Source: Piptocephalis cylindrospora
Taxonomy: Eukaryota
Direction: 5' to 3'
Length of the DNA: 38,082 bases
Assembly (NCBI GenBank): GCA_003614145.1
Contig: KZ987733.1
Location: 1 to 38,082, forward strand
In this document: positions 1 through 11,200 of the stretch, one piece after another
Numbering within the stretch: position 1 is the stretch's first letter
Layout: every line of letters starts with the position of its first letter
Translations under genes and position numbers: made by a program
The notes under the pieces: generated by a model
Told to the model about the DNA's origin: nothing
Database searches by the model: none
What the model saw: the letters and a program-made list of their open reading frames with translations, nothing else

Positions 1-2365
1 AAGGAGAATTGGAAAGTGAAAGGGAGGAGAGACTCTTGCAAGCTTCACGAGCCATCTCATATATCTTTGATATCTTCCGAGATATGTTTCAGATATGCTA
101 CAACCATGCCCATGGTGACTCCAAGGAGAAGCCCAAGAAGAGGAACAGCCAGGCAAACATCGGGCTTCGGAAGGAAGGAGAGGCGGATGGGACGGAAGTA
201 GAGGAATGGTGCATCAAGGTAGGTAGTATTGCAGGTGCTTTATATGTAGCTGTATCAAAAACGATGAGCTAAGCTTTCTAACGACCTTATCTTTCCTCAA
301 CAGGCTCTGATCAACGATATGGCTAGTGGATTTCCTGCAATCCCTGGAGGTGATCGGGGAGAAGGGGGTTCCGGGGAGGATGCTGGACTTCGACGATTAG
401 TAATTTTCCTTGCGGGATGCAAGGATCGGATAAAAGGGGCCAAGGAAAGCCTTGGACTCCTTCGTCTACTTCAGGTGGTAGCTCAAGAGGCCTATGATGT
501 GGAGGATATGCAGGTAGCTGTGCATGCAGTCGCCGAAGAGTTCTTGGAACGTCCCAAGGATCCAAGAAGCGCACTGACGGTAAGTATTATTGGGAACAAA
601 TTTAAAGGGAATCCTTTTGGATCTTCGCTCATCTCAGATCCTCTTTGACATAACGGTATAGCCCAACGAATTGCAAGAACTTCTCCTACTCCATCTGAGG
701 TCATCGGCCTCGACCCTAAAGTGTCTGGAGAGATATGTGAATGAGCACCTAAAGGCCTTTGAGGATGGGAATGCAGATGCCTTAGACAGCAATCCTTTAT
801 TAGTTAGGGACACGCTACCCGTGTATCTCAAGGTGAGGATCTAAAAAAGATGACATTGTCTGGAGGAAAAGGGGAAAGAGGGGCCAACTGGAGAAGATTA
901 TTTTCCTTCCATTAATTGGGGTCATAATAAGAGACCGGAGGTGGATGGACATCACGAGGGCCATTTTTCTTCCAGAGCCCTTGGAACAGCTAGCTACTTA
1001 GTTAAGCCTTCCTTTTCCTTTCAAACCTGCCCGTCTCACTTTATCCCTTTTCCTTTTTTTTCTTAGGCCCTCTTTACAGTCTTATGCGAGGAAATGCTTC
1101 TCTCAGGAGAGGAGGAGATTAGGGGAGGAAAGGAGGCAGAGGCACTGGAAGCCATGGAGAAGCATGTTATCCTCTTAACCTCGTTGACCATGAGTATTCG
1201 GAAAGTAGCATCCCGGGATCTTCTTCTGATGGCGATGAGACAAGGGAGGAAATTTCTGGACGCTTTTGTTCGCCAAGCACTCCCTCGGCTGGAAATGGCA
1301 TTTTCCTCCCGGAAGGACAAGGTTATTAGCATCCTGAAAAAGCTCCAGGGCGCGACCCGCGTTCTCCATGTGAGTTGGGAGGAGGACTAGTTATTTTTTC
1401 CTATTTATCGCGTTGTACCATACTCATTTTCTCCGCTTGGTGAGTAGATTGTGTGTAGTCATTCCAAAGTCACCAAGGACACGACCTTGGCTAAGCCCGC
1501 CCCAGCGCTGAAGAAGTCCATGGAGTCCTTGTTGCTCCATGTGAAGGAATTACTAAGGCGGAATCATAGTGGCGCGGCCTTTTGGATGGGTAAGTGGGTG
1601 CTTCAGAAGACTAGGAATAATGTTGGCCATAATCGACTTACAATTCTGCGCTGTGTCATGGCCGTGGGTCGTAGGTAATTTGAAGCATCGGGATTTGGCA
1701 GGAAGGGAGGTATCCTCTCAAATTGCCCTGGAATCCAGTGAAGGTGACGACGATGATGATGATGATGACGGTGATAATAGTGATGATGACAAGGGGCATG
1801 GGCAGATTGAGGAGGCAGAAGGTGAGGAAATTGGGAGGATGAATGAAGATGATGAAGATGAGGATGATGAGGAGAAAGCAGAGCACCAAGTTAGGATTAG
1901 AGAGCAAAGTATCGAAATGGGAGATGGAGAAAATGGGGAAGGAGATACTATTCGATTTTCTAAAGTTTCGGTAAGTTCTAAAAATCCTTGGATTATACCA
2001 ATCTCTGTAGTCATTCCCACTCACCCATGCACTCATCCCGCCGTGGTTGATAATAGCGAAAGGATGAGCATAGGCTCAAGCAAGAAGGGGTCATCCCCTC
2101 GACCCCTCTTGGACGCCGAAGGCAAGTAGGCCGGAAGTCGGTAGGGAAGAGAGCATGGAGGGGTAAAGATGCGCTTGAACGCGCTACCGGCCCGCTTAAG
2201 CGGCACAAGAATACGGGATCCAAGTACATTTCCTCGATGGCTGCAGATGATGGTGAGGACGATGAAGAGGAAGATGACGAGGATGAGGATGAAGAGGAGA
2301 AGAGAAATACGGACCCTCTAGGCCTCTTTGGAGAGAATCTCAGCTGGGATGATGAAAATGACTAG
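1..2365 (+). CDS. FANCD2: Fanconi anemia group D2 protein homolog, 5'-truncated by the window edge; exons ~<1-218, 304-579, 662-832, 1067-1369, 1448-1589, 1675-1970, 2057-2365
   Basis: Spliced translation gives GRKFLDAFVRQALPRLEMAFSSRKDKVISILKKLQGATRVLH-IVCSHSKVTKDTTL...LKKSMESLLLHVK...AFWMG-NLKHRDLAGREVSSQ. This matches the FANCD2 C-terminal signature as recalled from human (LCGHSK...LKKTLE...AFWLGNLKNRDLQGEEI). All joins are GT-AG and keep frame. An acidic tail ends at TAG 2363-2365. Confidence 0.9.
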
Positions 2366-2640
2366 ACTGGGATCATATTCATGTGATTTCGTCACGTAGT
2401 ATGCAATCCATCTGAATCATCGCCACAAGTGATTCTTGTAAAATTAAAAGTCAACATGCTGCTTTAGTCTCCCTATCCTCTGTGGTTTTTTTGATATCAA
2501 TGTTGCCCTTCCATCTGAAGTGTACTAGTGAAGGTAAATTACAACTGTATGATTACCCGATCCCCTCTACGAATACCACATCGGCTCTAACGGAATCGCT
2601 CACCTACTTCATCGGCCACAGTGCTGCTAGAGCAATTCTG

Positions 2641-4200
2641 CTATGCCCTTGCAACCTCTTCGATCCCTTTACCGAACCCAGAGTTTGGGGCAGGTGATGA
2701 CGACGGGGAATGACACGGACTAGGCTGCACTTTGGAGCTCTTAGGGGGCTGATCCCTCCACTTGCAATACCCAATGATTCCGGCATGGCCCACAGCGCCC
2801 AGCTGGGCAAAGATGACAGCAATAATGTAGACCCAAGCCCGTTCATACCCAGCGATCTGAGAGACAAAATGAATGGTTCCCGGGGTATAGTGCAGACAAT
2901 GGATCAGAAGATGGCTGGCTGTGGTCTCAGCATCAGGATGATCATGGTGTAGACGAAGGGTCCTGAGTTCGTCCTTTTCCTTGTCGAGTGCCACCACTGC
3001 GATGCCTTGTCTTTGGGAAGCGTGTATGATGGGGATATGGGTGAGAAGGACAACGACAAGGGCGACATAATGCAAGCCCGTGGTGGCTACCAGAGCGATT
3101 TTTCCGCTCGTGGTCTCCCCATTAACGAAGCACCAGTACTCATCGGGACCAAATGCATCGAAGCCCTCCAGGACTCCTGAGAGAATCCACGGAGAGATAG
3201 CACAGACGCAAAACACCTTCCAGTCAAAACGACCAAATCGCCTTGGAGGCTTCACCAAGCTTTCCGGGTGCGGAACTCCGGCCATACCAGTGCCCAAACA
3301 AGCCATCCACCAAGTAGAAATGGCATCAAACATGACTAAAGCCAAGTCCATACTAACGAGGGCGTAGCAGCTGAATCCCACGGCCTTGCACCATACCAGA
3401 GGCATAAGCTGATGGTTGATAGCGACGTACAGAGCACTACTGCATAGCAGGAGGGAGAGAGCCGTGTCAGTGGTGCACGTATAGAAGGCAAAGCGATGCT
3501 GATCATTTTTAGGATTTGCCGAGGGCTTTGACAAGGCGTCCGTTTCCTCTGGATGTCTCGACATGGATGACCACCTCCAGGGTCCATCCGCTGCTAGGTT
3601 GATCATAGCGCTCAGGGCACGGGATCTGCGGTTTCCCACGATGCCTCCAGAGGCTAGGCTGGAAGGAGAGGAAGGAGTAGGATTCCTCCCATGAGAGGGA
3701 GATGCATAACGAAGAACGTAGATGGCGCAGAGAAGGTTAAGGGCACCAGTTACTAGGGTAACAATGACAAAGATATGAGATCCGTCTGTGTAGGTGAGTT
3801 CGGTGGTCCGTGCAATCAACTCAGCCTCCGCCTCCTCCTCTTCCAGGTCAGCCTCAAGCGCCGCTGGCCTACTCTTCCCATTATGATCCTTGGAGTGATG
3901 ATAAGGAAAGGAATGAGGGGTTGACGAGGGATCCGGTAGAGGAAGACTTTCTGCGATAACCTCTGATCCAGGATGGCCCTTTCGATCCGTGGGATGGGCC
4001 GCCGCGGAGTGGGGAGGATGTGCTGAATGACCAGGAGCTGAATGCCCTCCCGATCCCATGGGCACTCTGGTGGGAGAAGGGGAACTCTGGGCGGATACTT
4101 CCCCCATATAGGCACCAAGAATGATGCATAGAACCAGTAAAGGGTATGGGGAGATGCTTACCCAGCCATTCCTCTTGCGCCATCCTGGAGGAGACATCAT
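2641..4200 (-). CDS. Seven-transmembrane GPCR-like protein (cAMP-receptor-like/Git3-like), ~519 aa, intronless, with N-terminal signal-like segment
   Basis: ORF 2641..4389, likely ATG at 4200 (MMSPPG). Seven hydrophobic segments: HIFVIVTLVTGALNLLCAIYVL; RFAFYTCTTDTALSLLL; WCKAVGFSCYALV; FGRFDWKVFCVCAISPWIL; IALVATTGLHYVALVVVLL; SHLLIHCLHYTPGTIHF; WVYIIAVIFAQLGAVGH. Cys at the top of TM3 (WC) and an ECL2 FGPDEYWCF motif fit the GPCR disulfide pair. Confidence 0.75.
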   Translation of the reverse strand: MMSPPGWRKRNGWVSISPYPLLVLCIILGAYMGEVSAQSSPSPTRVPMGSGGHSAPGHSAHPPHSAAAHPTDRKGHPGSEVIAESLPLPDPSSTPHSFPYHHSKDHNGKSRPAALEADLEEEEAEAELIARTTELTYTDGSHIFVIVTLVTGALNLLCAIYVLRYASPSHGRNPTPSSPSSLASGGIVGNRRSRALSAMINLAADGPWRWSSMSRHPEETDALSKPSANPKNDQHRFAFYTCTTDTALSLLLCSSALYVAINHQLMPLVWCKAVGFSCYALVSMDLALVMFDAISTWWMACLGTGMAGVPHPESLVKPPRRFGRFDWKVFCVCAISPWILSGVLEGFDAFGPDEYWCFVNGETTSGKIALVATTGLHYVALVVVLLTHIPIIHASQRQGIAVVALDKEKDELRTLRLHHDHPDAETTASHLLIHCLHYTPGTIHFVSQIAGYERAWVYIIAVIFAQLGAVGHAGIIGYCKWRDQPPKSSKVQPSPCHSPSSSPAPNSGFGKGIEEVARA

Positions 4201-5171
4201 GAGTAAGGGATTGATTTTTATGTTCCAAGGGCTTGGGATGCGGTTGAGGCAGATGAATGAATGTTGCAGTGAGGTTCGCAAACAGAATGAAAATGTACGG
4301 TGGGTTATGGGTGTAAGGGAAAAGCAGGAGATTGAAAAGATAAATAGGTAGAGACTAAAGAGAGGTGAATCAAGCAGAGGGTAAGACAAGCGAATGAAGT
4401 AGGTTGGGTCTGACCGGCAAGTCTATCCTCGCCCACTCACCCACTCTCCCCTTTTCTGATATCCCGCCAAGATTTACCTTCCCTCCCCCTTCCCATATGC
4501 CATGCAAGGCAGCGTGACACAGCTCCTCCCGTCCCAGGGAGAGAATGTATCGAAGGGGCACCAGGAGAATGGAGGAGACATGTCAGTGCACCCCTGAAGA
4601 CACCAAAGCAGGGCGAAAGGGATACCAATGCAGTAAGGTGCAGTGGTAGGCAGAGCATCAGGTAGTATATGGGATTCAGGGCCAGTCGACTTGTCATAAC
4701 GAGAGCCTACCTCATTATCTCTAAGACCTTGGGTGGGAATAATGCGGAAAAGTCATGTGGATAGGGTGGATTTGGGCTAGAGGAGACCCGGGGATCTACG
4801 GTATATCCCGAGAATCGGGTGTGATCGTCACATAAGCCAATGAGACGAAATCGGGAAGTGTGTGTGTTTTATCTCGCTATCCCAGCACATCCAGGAATAC
4901 ATGCGATCGGCCATGGCCTTGCAAAATGATGACGACTAGGAACGGTCGCCCATTGAATAGACTAAAGGGCCTCGATGTTGCCTAATGAGATCATCGCTTC
5001 TTCCAAAAGCTCCAGAAAGTGTAATATTACGCAAGTCATCAGAAAAAGATCAGATATTTTTCCAGATATCCAGCAACTTTTCACATTCTTATCCATTCAT
5101 CCCCACCTAGTGGTCCAGAGGCATCCTATACCGCAGAAGGATGAAACGCCCGTCCATCAAGAACTAATCAT

Positions 5172-6206
5172 TTAGTCGGAGCCGTTGACAAAGGCAACAC
5201 CCTTGGCAATGTTCTTCTGAAGCTCGGGGACGGCGGCCTCGATGAGCTTCTCCTCAGAGGCGCTCAGGGAGCCAAGGCCCTGGATGTTCTTGACACCATC
5301 GGGACCGAGCTCGACGTTGGTAGCGAAGTACTCGACGCCCTTATCGGCCATGACGGGGCTCTGGACAAAGGTGGGCTCGACGACACCGGTCTCCTTACCG
5401 ACGGTAGCGCGGAGAAGGGATTGGGTGAAGCGGGCGCCGGCAAAGGCCATGGAGAGGGTGGCGGAGCCCTTGCCGTCCTTGGCCTTGACGACCTCATCAC
5501 CACCAAATTGGATACGCTTAATGAGAGCCTCAGTCTCAGCACCGGTCTCAGCAATGGTGATGCCATTGGGGACCTGGGACAAGAGGGGGACAATAGTGAC
5601 GCCAGAGTGGCCACCGACCACGGTGACCTTGGCATCCTCGCAGGAGACGCCCTTAAGCTCGGAGACAAAGCGGGAGGCACGGACGACGTCGAGGGTGGTG
5701 ACTCCGAAGAGACGACGGGGATCAAAAGCACCCTTCTTCTTGAAGACCTCGGCGACAATGGGGACGGTGGAGTTGACGGGATTGGAGATGACGAGGATGT
5801 GGGCCTTGGGGCAATGCTCGGCACAGGCGATGGCAAGGTCACGGACGATACCGGCGTTAGTGTTGAAGAGGTCATCACGGGTCATACCGGGCTTCCGGGG
5901 GACACCGGCAGGGATAACGACGATGTGGGAATCCTTGAGAGCGGTAGCGAGTCCATTATTCTCGGGGGTGTATCCGGTGACCTTGGAGTCGGTGTTGATG
6001 TGGGCAATGTCAGCGGCGACCCCGGGGGTGTTGACAATGTCGTACAGGGAAAGCTGGGAGATGAGGGGAGACTGCTTCAGGAGCAGGGACAGGGGCTGTC
6101 CAATGCCACCGGCGGCACCAAGAACGGCAACCTTGGTGGAGCGGGGAGCCGAGGTGGAGAAGGCACGGGTAGCGGCGGGGACAAAAGCGCGTCCGAGAGA
6201 GAACAT
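5172..6206 (-). CDS. MDH1: Mitochondrial NAD-dependent malate dehydrogenase (344 aa, intronless)
   Basis: Presequence [23 protein letters not shown], then [68 protein letters not shown] and [11 protein letters not shown] at 6206-6204. Strong C/G-ending codon bias. Confidence 0.97.
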   Translation of the reverse strand: MFSLGRAFVPAATRAFSTSAPRSTKVAVLGAAGGIGQPLSLLLKQSPLISQLSLYDIVNTPGVAADIAHINTDSKVTGYTPENNGLATALKDSHIVVIPAGVPRKPGMTRDDLFNTNAGIVRDLAIACAEHCPKAHILVISNPVNSTVPIVAEVFKKKGAFDPRRLFGVTTLDVVRASRFVSELKGVSCEDAKVTVVGGHSGVTIVPLLSQVPNGITIAETGAETEALIKRIQFGGDEVVKAKDGKGSATLSMAFAGARFTQSLLRATVGKETGVVEPTFVQSPVMADKGVEYFATNVELGPDGVKNIQGLGSLSASEEKLIEAAVPELQKNIAKGVAFVNGSD

Positions 6207-6345
6207 GACGAAGTGTGATAGGGAGAGGGGGGGAAAATGGAGAAAAAGGGCAAGTCTCGATGAGGCGTAGAAGAAAAGCAGAAGGAGCAAGGAAGAGGAG
6301 AAGTTCCAAGGGGGGACGGAGTAGGCGCTTGTGCTTCCCAGCAAC

Positions 6346-6353
6346 TATTTATA
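6346..6353 (-). promoter_or_regulatory. Probable TATA box (TATAAATA) of MDH1
   Basis: TATAAATA on the minus strand ~140 bp upstream of the MDH ATG, followed by a pyrimidine-rich leader. Confidence 0.55.
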
Positions 6354-7206
6354 CCCAATGGTGGATCTGGGGCAAAGAGAGGGTGGACGAAAGGTGCACC
6401 TCCAGGCCGGGAGCGGACGGAGATGCTGGTGGTGGGCCAGTTGCTCCCTTGCGCCTTCGCCTGGTGCGCATCAAAGGGAGCACGAGAAAAGGGAAGGGAA
6501 GGGGAAGGGACCAACACAATCCAAAGGCGGAACGCGCTATGCCAGAGGCGGAGGTTCCAACCGAGATGAGCGACCTCCTTCCCATCTCCTCCTCAGCTGG
6601 CCAGGAGTATCTGTATGATTCTACCGTATTGTGCCGTCAAGTATGGGTAGCCTATGACCATACTACAGCTACTATGGGGAGGCAAAAGCCGCCTTACCCA
6701 CCCACACCCGTCCTCTGTACCCCCGGAATGGCCCGAAGCCGTGGTGGTGTGTGAGTGTCCTTGGGGAGATATAACATAGGAAGACGCATAGTTCAACTTG
6801 CATGTCTCCTCGGGAAAACCATTTATTTAACTTAGCATTAAATGGACACCTCCTTAACCTGAACCGCAAGAACAGTATTCTTGATCCATGGCCATGCCAG
6901 ATAACGAGAATGATGGCATGATAATAGTAAACCTAGACAATGCTACTACAGTTCAAAATGAGCTAGTGTTGATGATAAAGATTGCCATATGTTACCCAAG
7001 TAGAGTAGGCAAGGATGTCCGAACACAGTACCCGCCCTAACGTTAGTATGCATGAAACCAAAGATTTTGTCCCCGATGTGTACCCTATATAGAGAGATAT
7101 GGATATTACAGAGACTTGTCTCATATCCCCATCCTGAGGAGCTCCTGGCAGCATGTAGATTCTGAGGGCAAATTCGGGAACTCAGGACGCGTTCAAGCAT
7201 ACCATG

Positions 7207-7216
7207 NNNNNNNNNN
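7207..7216. other. Assembly gap (about 10 N)
   Basis: Run of N in the sequence; XXXX in the ORF track. Confidence 0.95.
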
Positions 7217-7304
7217 TCTCCTCTGTCTCTTCGCGTGCGCCTCAGCGGCGCGTGGCGCGGTGCGGAGTCGTCTCAACGCCCGGCGCAGTGACGCGCACGC
7301 CCCG

Positions 7305-7334
<30 letters not shown>
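7305..7334. repeat. Poly-C homopolymer (~30 nt)
   Basis: Direct reading. Preceded by ~85 bp of atypically CpG-rich sequence next to the gap. Confidence 0.85.
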
Positions 7335-7335
<1 letters not shown>

Positions 7336-7877
7336 AAGATTATAGACTCGTTTACATCGTGAGTTCCGCATTCTTGTTCCAATGAGTATGAATGGTCTCC
7401 TCTTCATGTCCATGGAATCCCCCTCCTCATCCCACTTTACCTCCTTCTCACTTTACACTTTCTCTCCTCAATTTATTGCTTGCATCCGCTTAATCATATT
7501 CTCTCATATAAATTTCCCATTATGCTGGCAAATTATCAGAAAATAATCCTTCATTAAATTACAATGTATTTTGAAAGGAGCATGAAGAATAGTTTGCTTG
7601 AGTTATTCATACTCATACGATCTGAACTTGCTCGGATTCTCCATAAATTTTTAACAATAAGTAAAGTGTCCTATTTTTAGAACTATGACTAGTTTAACAT
7701 CTATTGAATACCGCATTGTTATTTGAAATGCCTTGTTCTCATAATGTTGATTAACGTATCTAAATATCGACTTGAAATTTCAGTGAGTAGTGATAAGGGC
7801 AATGAAGTTACGTAAAATATTGGCCTATTTCATTACTTGCCCTTTAGTGTGTGTGTGTCGGGTCTGGTTGCCTTCAC

Positions 7878-8021
7878 CACCTGGCGTGCTGTTTTGTTCG
7901 TCAAAATGGGTAAAATAAAAAGGTTTTCAAGTCAAGCCCCCCCCCCCCCCCACACACATACGTATGACTTGAAAACCTTTTTATTTTACCCATTTTGACG
8001 AACAAAACAGCACACCAGGTG
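7878..8021. repeat. Inverted repeat: 57-bp arms (7878-7934 and 7965-8021), one mismatch, 30-bp spacer containing C15
   Basis: Left arm cacctggcgtgctgttttgttcgtcaaaatgggtaaaataaaaaggttttcaagtca is the reverse complement of tgacttgaaaacctttttattttacccattttgacgaacaaaacagcacaccaggtg except at 7885/8014. Confidence 0.95.
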
Positions 8022-8216
8022 TGTGTGAGGGATGATTATGACAGCTATGTAGAATCAGGCGGGATTTTGTTTTTTTGTTTTGTACTGCACAAGCCGGACC
8101 ATCACCGTCGCCCTCGTCCTTGGGTGATAATGCTGGGTGAAAGTACGACCGACTTTGATCAAAATGGACTGGATAAGACTCTCCTTCCCCTCTTCTTCAA
8201 CCATCCATCTAGCATT

Positions 8217-11200
8217 ATGCCCACTCAGATCCCCACTTCCTCTGCTGTTGTTGGGCCTGCTCTTGGGAACGATACCCATGCGAGTATCACATGTCCCGCC
8301 GAATGGAAGGTATCGGATTGCTTCCTTAACGTCGTGGAGCTTTCTGAAGCCCTAGAGTCCGAGGACCCCCCCACTCTGGCTGTCTCTCTCACCCGCCTCC
8401 TCCACCAATTGGCCCTTCCCGTTGACACGTATCCAGCAGCTGAGAGGGCCGTGGAGGATTATTTAGGGTTGTCTCCTCGACTCAACCGTCTCTTTGCCAT
8501 CTGGGAGCATGCACGAGAATCTCAGGATAGATCGCTTTACATTGTCTTTGACGTCCTATCCTTGCTGATCCGTCGACTTCCCTATCTCCCCGGGGTGGCT
8601 GGGGAAACAGTCCTGGAGCTTGTCTCTTACCTTACTCAGGAACTCAACCTTGCCACCTTCCTTCACCCCGCATTCTCCTCTGGGGGCCGTACCACCCTTC
8701 TGGCTATGCGATTCCTTCACTTTCTCCTGGCCTTACCCAGCTCGGATTTTGGCCTTTCCATCGGAATCCGTACTGGTCCTCGAGTGGTGCGGACTATACT
8801 GGGCAAATTGGATCTCAAATATCTCCATCGTCATGCGTCTGCCACTACACGCAAGGAACCTTCCAAATTAGCTCCTTGTAAGTAACATAAGGTTCATGTA
8901 TAGCTTTTGAATGTGACAAACAGTAGAACATTGAATCACTCATCCTTCTCTCTCTCTCATTCAGCCCTAAGATACGTCTACATTGAAACGCTAATAGCCT
9001 GTCTTGATTTAGCTGATGAAGATACCAAGCTTGAATGGCTATCCGATAAGGAATTCCTATTACCGCTTTGGCGCCCTTTGTTCAAGGACACATCTGAGGC
9101 CATGGACCTGGCTTTACAAGGTGTGCTGAGGACTGTGGTGGAGGATGATCGAATTCGACGATCCATTAAGAACCCCGTCCTATTGGCCGGGAATGCTCTC
9201 TTTGATCAATTACAAAGAATCCTCGATGAGGATGAAGAGGACAAGGCCACTGGGATTATCCTTCCGTTCCTTCGTGCTTTATGTTGTAGACCAGATGTTG
9301 GCCTAAACTACCGTGAAGATGGGTGGTATCCTATGGTATCCGCTGAGGACCGCAATGCCTTGAATATCGGGAAGAGTGGGGGCAATCGCGCGGCCGGAGA
9401 GGGTAGTAAGGGCCCAATCTCCAAGGGGGCCGAGATGGCCGCCCAAGGTCAAGTGCACAATCGTGCCATTCTTCGATTCATCAAGCAATTACGTCCCACG
9501 GAAAAGCTTCCTCAGCGTACCATCCTTCTAGATATCCTTCAGGCTCTGCCCGAACTCTCCAGCCCCTATTGGAAAGCCTGTCGCCTTTCCTATGAGCCTC
9601 GTCTTTCCCTAAAATGGCTATGTAACATGGAGCTGCTTCTGCAGTATACCCTCCTCCCCATCCCCCCTCTTAGGGCATATCCTCCCCCAGTACTTCGCAT
9701 GGCCGACATGCTCATTCCCCAGCCTCCCTTGACGAGAGCCATCCTTATCAAGGCTCTGCAAATATCCAGTCCTTCTCTCGTCCGATATAAGGGCCTTCTT
9801 GTCCTACGAGCTCTACTTGACCTAGTAGGTAGGACCCTGGAGGCCTTGGAGGGACAGGCGATCATAGAATTGGACGAGATTCGGTGGAAGGGCGTGGCAA
9901 AAGCCCTGAGGGAATCATGTGCTCGTCGACTTCCTGATCCTCAAATGATTCTCGGCATGGCCACTACTCAAAGGGATGGTTCTGGTGGTGCTTCAGGCTC
10001 CAGTCTTCCCACCACTCAGGATGCCCTTCTCAAGGACACGGCTCTATCCACCCTTCGTGCTTATGTTATTGTCCTTCGGCCTTCACCCGTTCCCGTCCCT
10101 ACGGATGTTACTCGGCTATTTCAGTCCACTACCGATTCCGGCTCTCCCAGCCAGGGCATAGTATCACCCTTTCGTCAGGCCGCTCTCCTAGAGCTACTTT
10201 CGATGGCCCCAGATTTTCGATGGACTAGTAAATCTCGTAAGATTTTTTTTTTCTACACTTGGTGTGGTGATGGTTTTTTTCGTATAAAAAGAATTATACT
10301 CACTACATCCTCCTCCCCAATACCTAATGTGTGAACCAACAGAATCATCCGGCTTATCCCAGCTTATGTGTATCCTTTCCTTATACCTTACCACTCCATT
10401 TCCTTCTCTACGCCAAACCTGCCAATCTGTACTTCTTCGTCAGATGGGCCTTTCTATAGCCTTTGAACACCGCCCCATTGAGGTGATCTGCTGGCTAAGG
10501 GCTTTTCAGGACGTGGTAGAAGAGGAGATGGCCAGGAATAATGAGGCTGAAAGGGCTCAGGTAGTCAATCATATCGTCAAGACCATGGATGGGGCATGGG
10601 AGCGTCTGCATATCTCTCCTTATCGATATTACGATTCTCTTGCTCAGGTGCGATCGAGCGTCCTGGGAAGGATGAATAAGGTAAAGGGCGATCGATTTAG
10701 CGCTTTTACCGGTCAAGTCTGTGGTGATGGGGATGATGGAATGGGTGAGGGGCCAGGCGAGGTCACACCCTCCTCATCCTTCAGCCCCCTCCTTCTCCTA
10801 TTGGCCTCAGAACAAGAAATTAAAGGCTCAGGTGGAGGAGAGGCACTGAGAAAATCCTTGATTCGCTGTATCGTTGGCCGTTTATCTCGCCAGCTTCCTC
10901 TTTTGGATATTTATATTTTGCATGGGGTCTTGGAAGAGCAGTCCTTGGACAGTTCATATCTTTCCCCGCTTCTGGCCTCGTCCTACCTTTCCCAATGTCC
11001 TTCTGGCGGCCAGGACGACTCACTTTCGCTCACCTCTGCACCCGCTATCCAAGATAACCTCCAAAGTTTACAGGACCCCAAGGGTACTCTGGAGGAGCGA
11101 GTATCTGCGACCTGCTCCCTAATTCACGCCCTCATCTTTCATCAACCCTTTCCTCAGGCTTTGGAGGTATGTGAGAGGCTAAGAGCCGGGCTGGCCCAAG

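Noticed and set aside
4201..4389. Upstream extension of the GPCR ORF
   Set aside because: TTG start and CT-rich leader composition, so probably 5' UTR.
5242..6270. 342-aa and 265-aa plus-strand ORFs antisense to MDH1
   Set aside because: Shadow ORFs expected from the strong codon bias of a highly expressed GC-rich gene; no recognisable protein features.
6207..6344. 46-aa N-terminal extension of MDH in the ORF track
   Set aside because: Non-ATG start right after the TATA box; it is the pyrimidine-rich 5' leader. The presequence starts at ATG 6206.
7116..7385. Poly-proline ORF
   Set aside because: Spans the N gap and simply translates the poly-C tract.
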